NCBI RefSeq assembly: GCF_032191835.1
Contig: NC_083223.1
Coordinates: 70,804,001 to 70,868,000 of the forward strand
DNA from: Heteronotia binoei
Taxonomy: Eukaryota
Direction: 5' to 3'
DNA: 64,000 bases
Program-made: the position numbers and the translations under genes
Shown: one piece after another, positions 1-11,700 of the stretch
Position numbering within the stretch: the first letter of the stretch is position 1
How the letters are laid out: every line of letters starts with the position of its first letter
Notes under the pieces: generated by a model
Seen by the model: only the letters and a program-made list of their open reading frames with translations
Database searches by the model: none
Told to the model about the DNA's origin: nothing

Positions 1-968
1 TTCCCTGCGCCCAGCTCCCCACTGCAAAAAGACTAGCTCACTTGTTTTTTCAACACGTGGTTAAACTACACTCATTCCCAGATAAGGTTATTAGTGACAG
101 AGAACCTAAGTTCGGTGCCAACTTTTGGTGGAAGTTCTGTAAGTTAACAGGAATAGAGCAAGGTCTGAACTCAGCGTATCACCCTCAGATGGATGGACAG
201 ACGGATAGGGTGAACGCGCTCCTAGAACAGTATTTATGGTGTTTTGTCAACCACCAACAATCAAACTGGGTGGAACTCTTACCTTTGCAGGATATGGATA
301 TAATAACAGCGTGCATAGCTCCACCAAAACCTCCCCTTTTTTGGTAGTGAATGGATACGAGGGGAAACCCGTTATTACCGGGCGGAACCATCCCGGAACT
401 ATCTTCTTTCGAACATTGGTGGGGGAGTTTGGGGAAGACATGGAAAGTAATACAAGAGAATCTAGAAGCAGTTAAAGACAGCTACAAGAGGCATTATGAC
501 AAAAATCATGCTCCTGTGTGGGATTTTAAAGTAGGAGAGACAGTCTTTGTATCTACTAAGAATTTACCATTGCCTCAACCATCCAAAAAGCTGGCATACA
601 AATTTCTTGGTCCGTTAAAAATAAAGAGAATAATCAACAAAGTGACAATAGAATTAGAATTACCAAAAATGTTTAATAAAATACATCCTGTTTTTCATTG
701 CAGTCTTCTCCACAGAGACCCTGGAGCTACGTCTTAGCACCCTCGACCACAAGCTCCATAACCTATCCAGATTGGGGGTCAGAGTCACCACAAAGTTAAA
801 GAAATCTTAGATGCTAAATTAAAATGGGGGTAGTTGTATTTTTTAATCAGATGAAAGCATTTTTCACCGAGCCACGATGAATGGGTAGAGAGCTCGAATG
901 TGCAAGCAAAAGACTTAATAAGAAAATTCTACAAGTTGCACCCCTCCAAGCCCCAAGCAAGATCTTAG
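1..968 (+). mobile_element. Ty3/Gypsy (chromovirus) pol 3' end: integrase plus chromodomain, disrupted; antisense in LMBRD1 intron 3
   Basis: ORFs 42-347 (VISDRE...YHPQMDGQTDR, integrase core) and 351-737 (YKFLGPLKI, GPF/Y-like). The frame continues past stops at 738-968 as KVKEILDAK..YFLIR*KHFSPSHDEWVESSNVQA..LIRKFY, a chromodomain. Confidence 0.9.
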
Positions 969-979
969 AGGGGGCAGTA

Positions 980-1454
980 TGTCAAGCATGATATTTCTGA
1001 GTATTAATTTAGTATGTATTTTGTGTTCTTACTTCCCCCCCTTCCCGTTCCTATTATCCCTCTTTTCTGAATAAAGATCTCTCTTCAAAGTTCCCACACC
1101 TGTGAACTCTCAAGGATGCAGGATATGCAAGTAATCTTCCTATTGTAAAGCAGAAGTACCTCTCCCCCAAGTTCCCATACGTATCAGCAAGTCAGGAATG
1201 TGTGGGAACCGAGAGATGTTATATTCAAATGGGTAGTTGATAGTATGCTTTGAACCTTCTATGCAATTCACATCTGTATGCTATGTTCTGAAGTTATCTG
1301 AACTTTGTCTTTGAAGTAGCCTTTAAGATGCCATGCTATGTAACATTCTGTATCACTTCCAAGGTATCGTTCCTTGGGCAAGTGTTGGATTATCAATAAA
1401 ACGATTCTTTGATTTAAACAATAGCTCGATTATTCAAAATACCGATGCTTGAGA
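980..1454 (+). mobile_element. 3' LTR of the Gypsy element, preceded by a polypurine tract (967-979)
   Basis: AGAGGGGGCAGTA then TGTCAAGCAT; inverted end ATGCTTGAGA at 1445-1454 (1 mismatch); AATAAA at 1395-1400. Confidence 0.8.
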
Positions 1455-3914
1455 GTTCAGATATAAATCTAATCTCTTATTCTCCTTCTTCAGAGGCCAA
1501 TCAGAAGCCTTGCTGGGCAAAAGCCCTACCTGACTCACCCACTTTTTAAAAATACTTGATGGGTGCCAGGGAAGGTATTGGTAGGTGCCATGGTGGGTGG
1601 GGTCTCTTACCCTAGAAGATGCTGAAGTCTCTGAACTATGTTCCTGCTTGATGAGTTTTCACTAGGGGCACGGAAATGAAGCAGCAGAAAGGGATATCAT
1701 CTCTAGAAAGAATCATCATAGCTGAAAACAGCTCGGACAGCAGGGTTCCCTAATGATCTGTACTTCTTCCTTAGTGTGCAGGAGGCTATGGTACTTAGTG
1801 CTACTGAGCAAACAGGGAATTCTATATCCAAGTTTCAGGACAAATTGAAGGTAAGAATCCCAGTTTAGCACCTACTAACAAACCACAGTTTGTTGGTCAG
1901 ACATCACACGAAACTGGAATTTAAATCAAATCATGGTTTGTTATGTCTGAATGCAGCCACAGACACAGACTGCCCCATACTAACTGTATGATGAACATGC
2001 AGGGAAATGGAGTTCTTCTACCAAAAAGAACAAGCAAGCCCATGAGCACAAGAGCATGGTGTGTGTATCAAAATTTCTGGTATGGAGAGTCTTCTTGGGA
2101 TACAATTATAGTTTTTTCTCCCTTTGCTAAAGTTTGAAAAGAGATAATGCACATATTCAGAACTTGTTCTTAACATGTAACAATGGACTTCTCTTATACT
2201 TCACTGGTGTCAGAGTTATCTTAATTATGTGTTATCACACATGTACACTTCCAAATTAAAGTATGACTTCACTATAAAGCACTGCCAGTCACAGCTTCTC
2301 TGGTCTCTACAAAAGTGCTTGAGAACCTGTGAACCCTGACAAATTTTAAATAATTGTGTTAAGAGTATTAAAAAAGATATAATGAGGATTAACAGAATAC
2401 CTTCAGTAAGGCTATTAGCCTAAACTATGTCACTCCAAATCTGCTACATAAAACTTTGATTTGACAAAGCAGTATTAGCATCAAATTTAAAATGCATCAA
2501 CAGAAATTTCTTTAGCTTTCTTTGAATCTTCAGACTGTTACGATTCTGAACATCAGAATTTACAATTGACAGACATCTTAAGTACCAAAGCAATCAGAGC
2601 AAATCTTGTTCTCCAGTCTTAATGAAGATGCTACCATGCAAAGTTTAATTTGCTAACTAGAATTGTCCTGAAGGTCCTGCCTTCCATAGCATCAGATGTA
2701 GATCTGAAGTTGTATTGTGAAGGGATGTGGATCAGATCAAAATAACAGATGTATCTTTGGCGATATAAGAGAATGAACAGCTAGTCCAGCAGCACCATGG
2801 AACAACAAGCTTTCTGGGACATAAGGTTTCAAGAGTCAAAGCTCTTTTCATCAGAGAATGAACAGTGATGTCTTCCAATAATCTGCAGGGCTGACAAAAA
2901 TAAACTATACCTGGCTATCAAGTACAACCTAGATTTTTGTTGTTGTTCTGTGCAAATACATTGGTTCACAAACATGACAACAAAGGATATTACTGTATAG
3001 GACAACTGGACCCAGGAATGGATCAACTCCCAAATATGAAAGAGATCATCTCTGCTAACACAAAGGCCATATCCAGAAAGAAAGCAGCATTGTTGGTAAG
3101 GGAAGAGAAAACATTAGAAATGTTTCTTTTACCTTGGTGACAAAATGCTTAGTGGGAGAAGAAATTCCCATAACTGCATATTTGTTATTCAACAGATTGT
3201 GTGCTTTGTTGTAGATGGTATTGATGACTTATTTTTTGTAAACTACCTTGGGAGCACCTTGTGCCAAAAGGTAGGATAGAAATTTTACTAAATTATCAAG
3301 TACCTGACTAGTAGCTCTTCATATCCGGAACACAGACTTCTCTAGACCATACCATTGTGAACACCAGCTCCCTCATCAGACATGTATCCAACACACAATC
3401 AGCAATTATCTTTCCACAACCTTTGTTAACAGCCGCCTGTGTCATCATCCTCTGTTCTCACATTACTTCTACCTTCCAATATAATCAGGAATGCTAACTG
3501 TCTGGAAAATGACCCAATATGATTCTTCACCATTGCCACAGGTATGGCAAGAGAGGGTGCCATAAACAGCCTAAGCATACATACATAGGAATTCACAAGT
3601 GAATGGCTTGAAAGCATAATTTCTAGATCCGTAGACTACATGGCAAATGGCTTGCCTACATCTGATTTGAGAAGAGAAAAACAAAGAAGGGGAAGAAACT
3701 CCTGGCACATAGGCTCTGACTTTACTTGATCAATTCTGGATCACGTGGCATACAAAAAAACACTGAATGCTTGATTAAGACATAAGGCTATAGAACAGGA
3801 GGTCTCAAGAATATCTCTAAGCCTTGTCACTTCACTAAATTTCCTTGTGGTCCAGCATTGTTCTATTGTTTTATTCTGTTCTGAATTATGAGCCAGTGTG
3901 TGTACTTACCTTTC

Positions 3915-3958
3915 TGATCTCTGAAGACGACCAATCTAAGTTGAAACGCGTCAGGTCA
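3915..3958 (+). ncRNA. Degenerate minimal type I hammerhead ribozyme in a Penelope-like terminal repeat fragment
   Basis: TGATCT-CTGAAGA-C-GACC(aatcta)AGTT-GAAA-CGCGTC-AGGTCA. Stem I pairs 6 bp, the stem III region ACGCGT is palindromic, the cleavage triplet is GUC, and stem II is damaged. Confidence 0.6.
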
Positions 3959-5109
3959 AGTTGAGTGGGTTCCCATTGAGGTTTTATGATTTTACATAGA
4001 ATAGAGGCTTATTATGGGCCCTTAAATGGTTTTAGCTTTCTACAATAAATACATGTATGTTGATTTATGATTTTTTTACACTTTGTTTTTAATGTTCGGC
4101 CCTTTAATTGCATATTAACCTTTTAGGTTTCTTAGTACATCTGATTTGACCAAAATTCACCACTGGTCATTGTATTATAAAAATGGAACACACATACATA
4201 GACACACACACATCTTTTTCAGATGGAATGGTACATGCAGAGGATCCCCCACGCTATCTAGGACAGTTCCACCTCAAGATCAGCACTATTTCACTAAAGA
4301 TTACATAGGGAGAAACTGTCCATAGAGTTTGGACTACAAGCCTGAAGCATAAATAGTTTTATGTCCTAGATTTTTAAGAGTTTTTTTTTAAAAGATCAAT
4401 TCTTATGTTTAATTATGTTGAGAAATGTTTGCTTTGGTTAATATATCTCTGTCATTCCTAATTCTGCACTAGTCATTTTCTTAGATCCTGGCTGAGCTTA
4501 AAACCGGGTGTCCAACTGAATTACCTCATTAATCTGACATTTAAAACTGCAAGACGGCCATGCCTTGAGCTCATACTTAAATCACTACCACCATCTGGAG
4601 GCAGTACTATATAACAGCATCAATTTTGCACGCAGTTTCCTTTAATATGGCTGGAGTTAACTTTACATTTTTAACCTATGTGCACACTTGTGTGATGTGA
4701 TATACACACACAGAGTTCTTTATTTATTCATTTGATAGATTTATATTCCGCCCTTTCCATAATGGGCTGAGGGCGGACCACAGACATCAAACTATCAAAC
4801 TGTCTCAAGAACTAGCTAGGAATTTTTATTCAGAGCTCACATATTTACACTTGGTCCTTTCAATGATTATAAAAAAGTTCAGTCTCAAGTGAGTGTGCCT
4901 TCCCTGACAATTCAATGTACCAGTGAAAAAACACTGCCAGTGAGTTCACGTTAACAGTAATAGTTCTGTGCTAGACATATCTGTGCAGCATCCCAGAAAA
5001 TCAAAAGGGCTTTTCCTATTAATCTCCAAGTCACTCTTTGATGATATACAAACGTTTTATGTGAACAGATCAATATAATTCACTTTAAACAGTTCTGTAT
5101 CCCATAAGC

Positions 5110-5445
5110 CATGGGTCCACAACATTGTGCCAGTGGGCACCATGTCACCACCTGACAATTTTTCTGGTGAATGCCAAGTGCTTTCAGAAAGTGGGTGGGG
5201 CCAGGTGGAGCTTTTATCTAGCAAGACTTCTGATTGGCTGAGCAGATTTGTTTTAAAAAAACACTGCTTTGACAGCAGCTGCCACCATAGCACAAGAATC
5301 TTTACTATATGACTGAAGGTATGCTATGCCAGTCGTTTTGTGGATTGCTCCATCTCCTGCAGCAGCCATTTTGTTAGCTGTGCTCACCATGCTGTGTCAG
5401 AATTCCAAAGGTGCCCACAGGCTCAAAAAGATTGGGGACCCCTGC
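5110..5445. mobile_element. Decayed hAT-like non-autonomous element
   Basis: Right end TTGGGGACCCCTG; the left end resembles CAGGGGTCCCCAAC only weakly. Confidence 0.35.
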
Positions 5446-5479
5446 CATAGTCCATCCATACAAAGCATTCTCCTTGACT

Positions 5480-5663
5480 CAGGGCTCATTTTGTAGCAGG
5501 AACACCTTTGCATATTAGGTCACCCCCCCCCTCAATGTAGCCAATCCTCCAAGAGCTTACAGGGCTCTTCTTACAGGGCCTATTTTAAGCTCTTGGAGGA
5601 TTGGCTACATCAGGGGTGTGTGGCCTAATATGCAAAGGAGTTCCTGTTACAAAATGACCCCTG
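5480..5663. mobile_element. Palindromic MITE (hAT-like)
   Basis: CAGGGCTCATTTTGTAG / TTACAAAATGACCCCTG ends; the internal arms are also inverted; no clear TSD. Confidence 0.7.
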
Positions 5664-7509
5664 CTCCTCATAGACATGCACACACAGGAGTGACAAACTT
5701 ACAGAAAGCCGGCTGCACAAAACAGCAAAATTCAGATCAGTGCAATCTCTTTGGAACTTCAATAGGATAAAACAGAATATATGTTCCAATTTATATCAAT
5801 AGAAGTTCTAAAACTTCAATGGATTACTAAAGAACTTGCAAAGAAGACCAGAGCAGAGAAATATAATTTTCATTGACCATTACTATTGCAATACAGACAT
5901 TATTAAGCATATTAATGATGAGATTATACAGGTCTGAGATTATCAGCCAACTAGGGAGTTAAAACATTTTACAACACGGTGTTGATTTAACGTAGCGTTG
6001 AGGTACTATTTAACCTGCTATATTTGATTAATAAAGCCAAGTTAATTTATGCATCAAAAATCAGCTTTTAAAGCCTAAGATGATCAGAAATACAGCAGAT
6101 GCTGGGGACATACCAGCAAGAGACAGATGTTGCCTTCAGGCCACCTGAAAGGTTTGTAGAAAAATCTGTGGTTGTGCACTGATAGATAGGAAAATGCATT
6201 AGAGAGGTCTTCAGTCTGGTTTATAGTAAGAACAGAAGAAAAACCTTACTAGTAACAGTGTCCTTGCTCAAGAGGGGAATGGGAGTAATATTTAGAATTT
6301 CAGAAAGTAACTCAACATTAGTCCAAGAAAGAGGCCCAAAGCAGTAAGCTTTTCAAGAGGCATAACTGCAGCATTTTTTTTTATTTCCCCAAGTTTTCTT
6401 TTTTTTAAAAAAGCAGGCAAAGCGCAGACAGGCAGCACTCTTGCCCTTCCTGGTTCCTCCCTATAATAAACATCAACCCATTTTTAAGGTCCCAACAGGC
6501 CATGTCAGATTTCCAAATCATTATCCTCACAACACTGATAAAATGCCTGCTAGAGAAGGTAAGCCAAAGCCCAAGTCACAAACAAGCAGGTATAGAAAGA
6601 CATGTAGTCCGGAATCAAAATGCGTTTTGTGCATTTTTTCAACCTCACTTTTTAGTGAAAATTTTAAATACTAATTCTAGTCACAGCTTCAATTCTCATT
6701 CTAGGACAGTTTTGGACTTTTCCAGGAGAGTTGGCAACTGGAAGTTTTTGTCTGCACCCAAAAACACTTCTTTAGTTCTCTCAAGGAGAGCTGGCAGCTG
6801 AAAAACTTCATCTGTACCAAAAAGGTTATTTAAAGTCTTCACTGTAAATATCAAGACTTGTATTTGAGTATCTATACTATTCTGGGGCAGACACTGAACT
6901 GCAACACTGTGGACTGTTTTTTTGCTTTTGTGATTCTTTACTGTTACATATGTACTGTGTCTTTAATTGCCATTGTGCTTGTTGTGCCTGGCTCTTGCCA
7001 TGAGCTGCTGAGAGTTTTGATTATATATGAATGCTTTTGGTGCAATTTTTGAAAGTATGAATACTTTATTGAATGGCTATATTTCCCCAGTGATTTTTTT
7101 TGTATTGGCTTCACACACTAGGAGACCCTCCCCCCTTTTGTTCACCTCCATGGTGGCCATGCCACCCCAACTCTCAGCTGGGCTTCATCTACCAGCCAGC
7201 TTTCCACAACGTAGCCCACCTCTCCAAATGAGTCTGCCTGCTCCGAGCCCCCATCCAGCTTTGGGTCAGCCTTAGCTCCCCAAGAGTGCAGCAGCCTAGT
7301 CAGGGCTGCTTGCCTAACTGTGAGGACAGCTGCTTCTTATGAGACGCCTGGCTGGGGTGCTATCTGGTCCTATCACCCACCATCCCCCATCAATAGCAAT
7401 GGCTGGAAATGTCTGCATCTTGAACAGAAACTGTCAAACTCAGTGCACAACTGCAATTTCAAAAAAGGCAAGTGCTATGCACAAGATAATTAGGAAGGAG
7501 ACTAAAACA

Positions 7510-8417
7510 AATCTTCCAGTATCATAACAGCCCTGTATAAATCCAAGGTACAGCCCTTTTGGAATACTGTGTACAGTTCCGGTCACTGCACCTAAAAAAA
7601 AAAAATCACAGCTTTCCAAAAGTTGCAGAAAAGGGCAACTAAAACAATTAAGGGGATGATGGAACACTTTCTCTACAAAGAAAGGTTAAAGAAGTTAGGG
7701 CTCTTTAGCTTGGAGAAACAATTAGTGAGGGGTGACATGATAGAGGTTAACAAAATCATCCATGGAATAGAGAAGGTAGAGATAAAAGTATTTTTCTCCC
7801 TTCCTCACAATACAAGAACTCGAAGGCCCTCCATGTAATTGATGAGCAGTAGGGTTAGAACAGATAGAAGGAAGTACTTCTTCACCCAGAGAATAAATAA
7901 CATGTGGAATTCACTGCTGCAGGAAGTGGTGACAGCTACAAGCACAGGCAGCTTCACTATGGGACTGGATAACCATACGGAGCAGAGGTCCATCAGAGGC
8001 TATTAGCCACTCTCTAAGTTGAGTTAACGTGAGCCAGCTCACAGATTTTTAGCCTCCAGCTCACACATTTTTGTCTTAGCTCAGGAAGGATGACCCCAGA
8101 GCACACTAATTTATGCAGTAGCTCACAACTTTAATGCTAGTAGTTCACAACTTTAATACCAGTAGCTCACAAAGTCATTTTTTTTCTCTCTCACAAGACT
8201 CTGCAGCTTAGAGGGAACATTGGATGGGATACTGTCTTGGCCAGTGATGCTTTGTATTCTTGGTGCTTTGGGGGCCACTGCGGGATGGCTTCTGGAGTTC
8301 TGGACCCACTGGTGGACCTCCTGATGACACCTAGGTTTTGGCCACCATGTGACACAGAGCATTAGACTGAATAGGCCACTGGCCTGATCCAGCATGGCTT
8401 CTCTTATGTTCTTATGA
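7510..8417 (+). mobile_element. 5'-truncated CR1 LINE 3' end
   Basis: ORF 7623-7838 (QKRATKTIKG...ERLKKLGLFSLEK...RGDMIEV) is a typical CR1 ORF2 C-terminus; ends in a CTTATGTTCTTATG tail. Confidence 0.85.
8011..8222. mobile_element. MITE nested in the CR1 3' region
   Basis: Right end GCAGCTTAGAGGGAACATTG; partial left end TCTCTAAGTTGAG; internal GCTCACAA repeats. Confidence 0.55.
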
Positions 8418-8653
8418 GGTGGGGGCTGTAGCCCTTTAAAGAGCCTCTGCTTAACTTCCTTTCAGCCTGTTAGCTAGCTTCCCTGGCCCCTCTCCACATC
8501 TTTGCTAGTCCTGTAAGACCAAGAGCTGCATCAGCCAACCATCAGGGGACTTTACTAGCATATACCCCATGGTAGCCTGGTAAGCGTGGGAGAGGATAAG
8601 TTGCTCCCAGGCAGAGGGGTGTCATCTCACCCTGACAAATAGTTGCCTCCCCA

Positions 8654-8760
8654 CTCATTATCTATTTCTAAAACACTGGTTTGATGAAGGCAACATCATA
8701 TAGCTCATTATTATCCATTTCTAAACACTGGTTTAATGAAAGCAACATAATATAGCTCAT
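8654..8760. repeat. ~50-bp tandem duplication
   Basis: ATTTCTAA(A)ACACTGGTTT(G/A)ATGAA(G/A)GCAACAT(C/A)ATATAGCTCAT occurs twice. Confidence 0.85.
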
Positions 8761-11700
8761 AAGCACTATTTTTCTATGAAGAGCAAACTGAGGCAGAGCG
8801 TTTTCAGGAATCAACACTGAAACTTCTAGACCAATGGAATTCGACTGGTATATGTGAAACAATAAGGAATGTGTTCAAAGTGCATATCCCTCCTATTCAC
8901 AACACCCCTTCCCTCCCCAGTTAAGGCATTTTTAAAATGCAGCTAGCAACTTCAATTTATTTAGGAATAATCCTGCTATTCTGCCTAAATGATGTACAGT
9001 TTGTGCTCCTGAAGTGAACAATGACTCAGGAAAGGTTATGCTGGAACTAATTTTGTTACTCATTAAGGTGCCACTGGTCTTCTCATTTATTTTGCCATCT
9101 AGATTAGCAGCTCAACACATGTACCTAGACATCCAACAGCATATTCTGAAGTCCCCTTCCATTAACCCAAGTTACAATATTAAGGCCTGCAGCAATCAGT
9201 GGGTGACTTGCAAGTTGTGACTATGTGATTTGCTTCACTCACCCAGGCCCAGCTGCTTGCTACTCTTCACTTACCAGCCACTCATGAGAACCATTGTGGT
9301 ACAATGGTTAGATTAAGTTCCCAGGCCCAGCCTGGCAACCAGCAGGAAATTGGAAAGCTGGAGAGCTGGGATATCCAGAGCAGCCATTGGCAAGACATTA
9401 CTTCTGAGAAAAATATGGAAGTGGCATCAGTCCTTTCTAGGAATATGGTGACTTCTAGAAAGGTAAATGGTCTCTTCCAGGTTTTCCCCAGAAGTAATGG
9501 CTCATTGCTGGTGGGGTTTTTTTTGTTGTTGTTATGTTTTCCTCCCACTGGAGTTGTAGAGAGCATTGCCCGCTAGAAATGCAGATCTGCCAGAAGAAGG
9601 AAAAGCTGAAGATGGGAGGTAAAGGTAGGTTGGCTTGTCAGTAGGAAGAAAAGAAGCAGGAAAAAAAAGAGGTTGTGTGAGCTTTCAAGAAAGAGAAAGA
9701 GGAAACAGTGGAGGAAGGGAAATGAGATTCCCTTGCAAGTCCTTTGCTTGTACATTACTATTATACAAATGTATGTACATACTATGTTGTGATTAAGAAA
9801 ATAAAAATTCTAAAGTGCTACTGAATTCCTATTAGTTTTTTGCGATTCTGTATTTTCTCAACGGATGCTTCAAGCAGTATCATTTGGGGGGGGGGGGGGG
9901 AGAGATGAAAAATCTTGAAGTTTAGAAAGACTCCTCATACTTAAAATGTCTGGGAACCATGACCTTACAGTTAGTTTTTTGCAGACTCTTGGCATCAGTA
10001 ATACAAAACATCTCACTGGAAATTACTCAGACCATACATTTCAGAGGCATTTCAGGCATCTGGGGGGGGGGGGGGGGGAGATCTAAAAACTTAACTGCAA
10101 CATGATACATTTTGCACAATCCTAATTAATGCCAAATGACAACATAACACACAAAGATGCTGACTCTTAAACAAGCATTCAGCAACAGCACACAAGTTTG
10201 ACATTTATGGGATATTAAATTCAATTCTTTCCTTTCCAGTCAAAGAAGCTCAGGAATCAGAAGTGAGCAAGATCTTCAGTTGAGATACTAGAGGCCTTGG
10301 CAGCAGGCAACACTGACAGTATTAGCCTTGATTAATCACCAATCCAGCTCTTTAAGGCAGGTCATTATATCTTCTACTGATTCAAGTTTCCCTAAAATTC
10401 CCTCACGGGCCACAGGATACACTCAACAATACAACATTAAGTAAAAAGAAAATATAAATGTTATTAACCAACATAAAGATCTAGAGAGCACAATGAACAG
10501 ATGCATACTTCACTTGCTACAATGTCTCTGAAACACATGATCACAAGTTTACTAGCCTTTTTTGTGGGAAAGGCTAAAAACAAGCTATTAACTTTCTCAT
10601 GTACAGTTTTCTAAAAGCTGCAGAAGCCAGCCACAAAGTCATCAGAACAAAACATTGGACTTACCTGAAAGTTTCTTCTCTTCAGTAAGGCAAAAACATT
10701 CAAATGTGTTTATGTCACATCTCCACTCACTACAGGCAGGGCTATGCAAATTTTTGTGCAACTTTCCTGGGGCGGAGTGAGAGTACCCTACCAGTCATCC
10801 AATTGCTTAGCTGCATTTCCACCTCTACTTTTATTTCTCTTCCCCAAACCTGCTAATAATTATATATTATCATTCTGGGGATGGTTGAGAAGTGGATGAC
10901 TTGCCCTTCAGGTAAATCCAATGTTTCAATCTCCTTCAGTGGGGGAAGTCCAAGCTGATTGTAGGTCAAAGCTAACTGACAGACTGGGAAAGTCTTAAAA
11001 AATCCCAACTTTTATAATTATCATCTCACCCCTCTACTTGCCATAACACTCTTACCCCAAAGGCTACCTCAACAGAGATCTGCTGTTCCATTCTATAATG
11101 CCTGACAAGGTTGAGAAGAATGACCCAGTAGTTGTTGTACGGATCTCATCCATGGGTGCTCTAGTGGAAAAGGCTGTTGAAGTAATCTCTGCCCCGGTAA
11201 AATGGGCCATAATGCCCTGTGGTGCCCATAAAGCCATGACTTCATAGGCTTTCTAGATGCAGAGTTTTACTCAAAGAGCAATAGTGGATTTTGACACCAT
11301 CCCCACACTGGCTGTATTATACAACACAAATAAATTATCAGATTGAGCCATGCTGTCCTGCTAATATGTGTATGCAGAAGGCCTGCAAATGTCATGTTTA
11401 TGTTAGGAATTTTTCTGACAAATGGAACAAATGAAGGCTCTGTCATGAGTTCTACAGAGTCCTTGTGGAACATACATAGCCCACTTCTAACTCATCAGGC
11501 CCTCAGTTCCAGTATTCTCTTGGCAGAGGTCACCATTATGAGGAAGGTGACCTTCCATAAGAGGAACTTCAGCTCTATGGACTTTAGTGGCTCGAAGGGC
11601 ATTTTGGTGAGTGTCTGTAAGATTCTAGATAGATTCCAGATAGGTAATCTATACCTCCCTGGGAGTGATAACTACATTATTCCCTTAAAGAATCTCCTAA

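Noticed and set aside
1775-3095. Plus-strand exon-like segments 1775-1850 and 3001-3095
   Set aside because: Their phases are incompatible, the peptides are unrecognised, and there is no further exon chain.
3426-3617. ORF ending EDDDTGGC, reminiscent of LMBRD1 exon 4 (EEKDDDDT)
   Set aside because: It lacks the FWIPFVYFYY core and suitable splice sites; exon 4 is probably outside the window.
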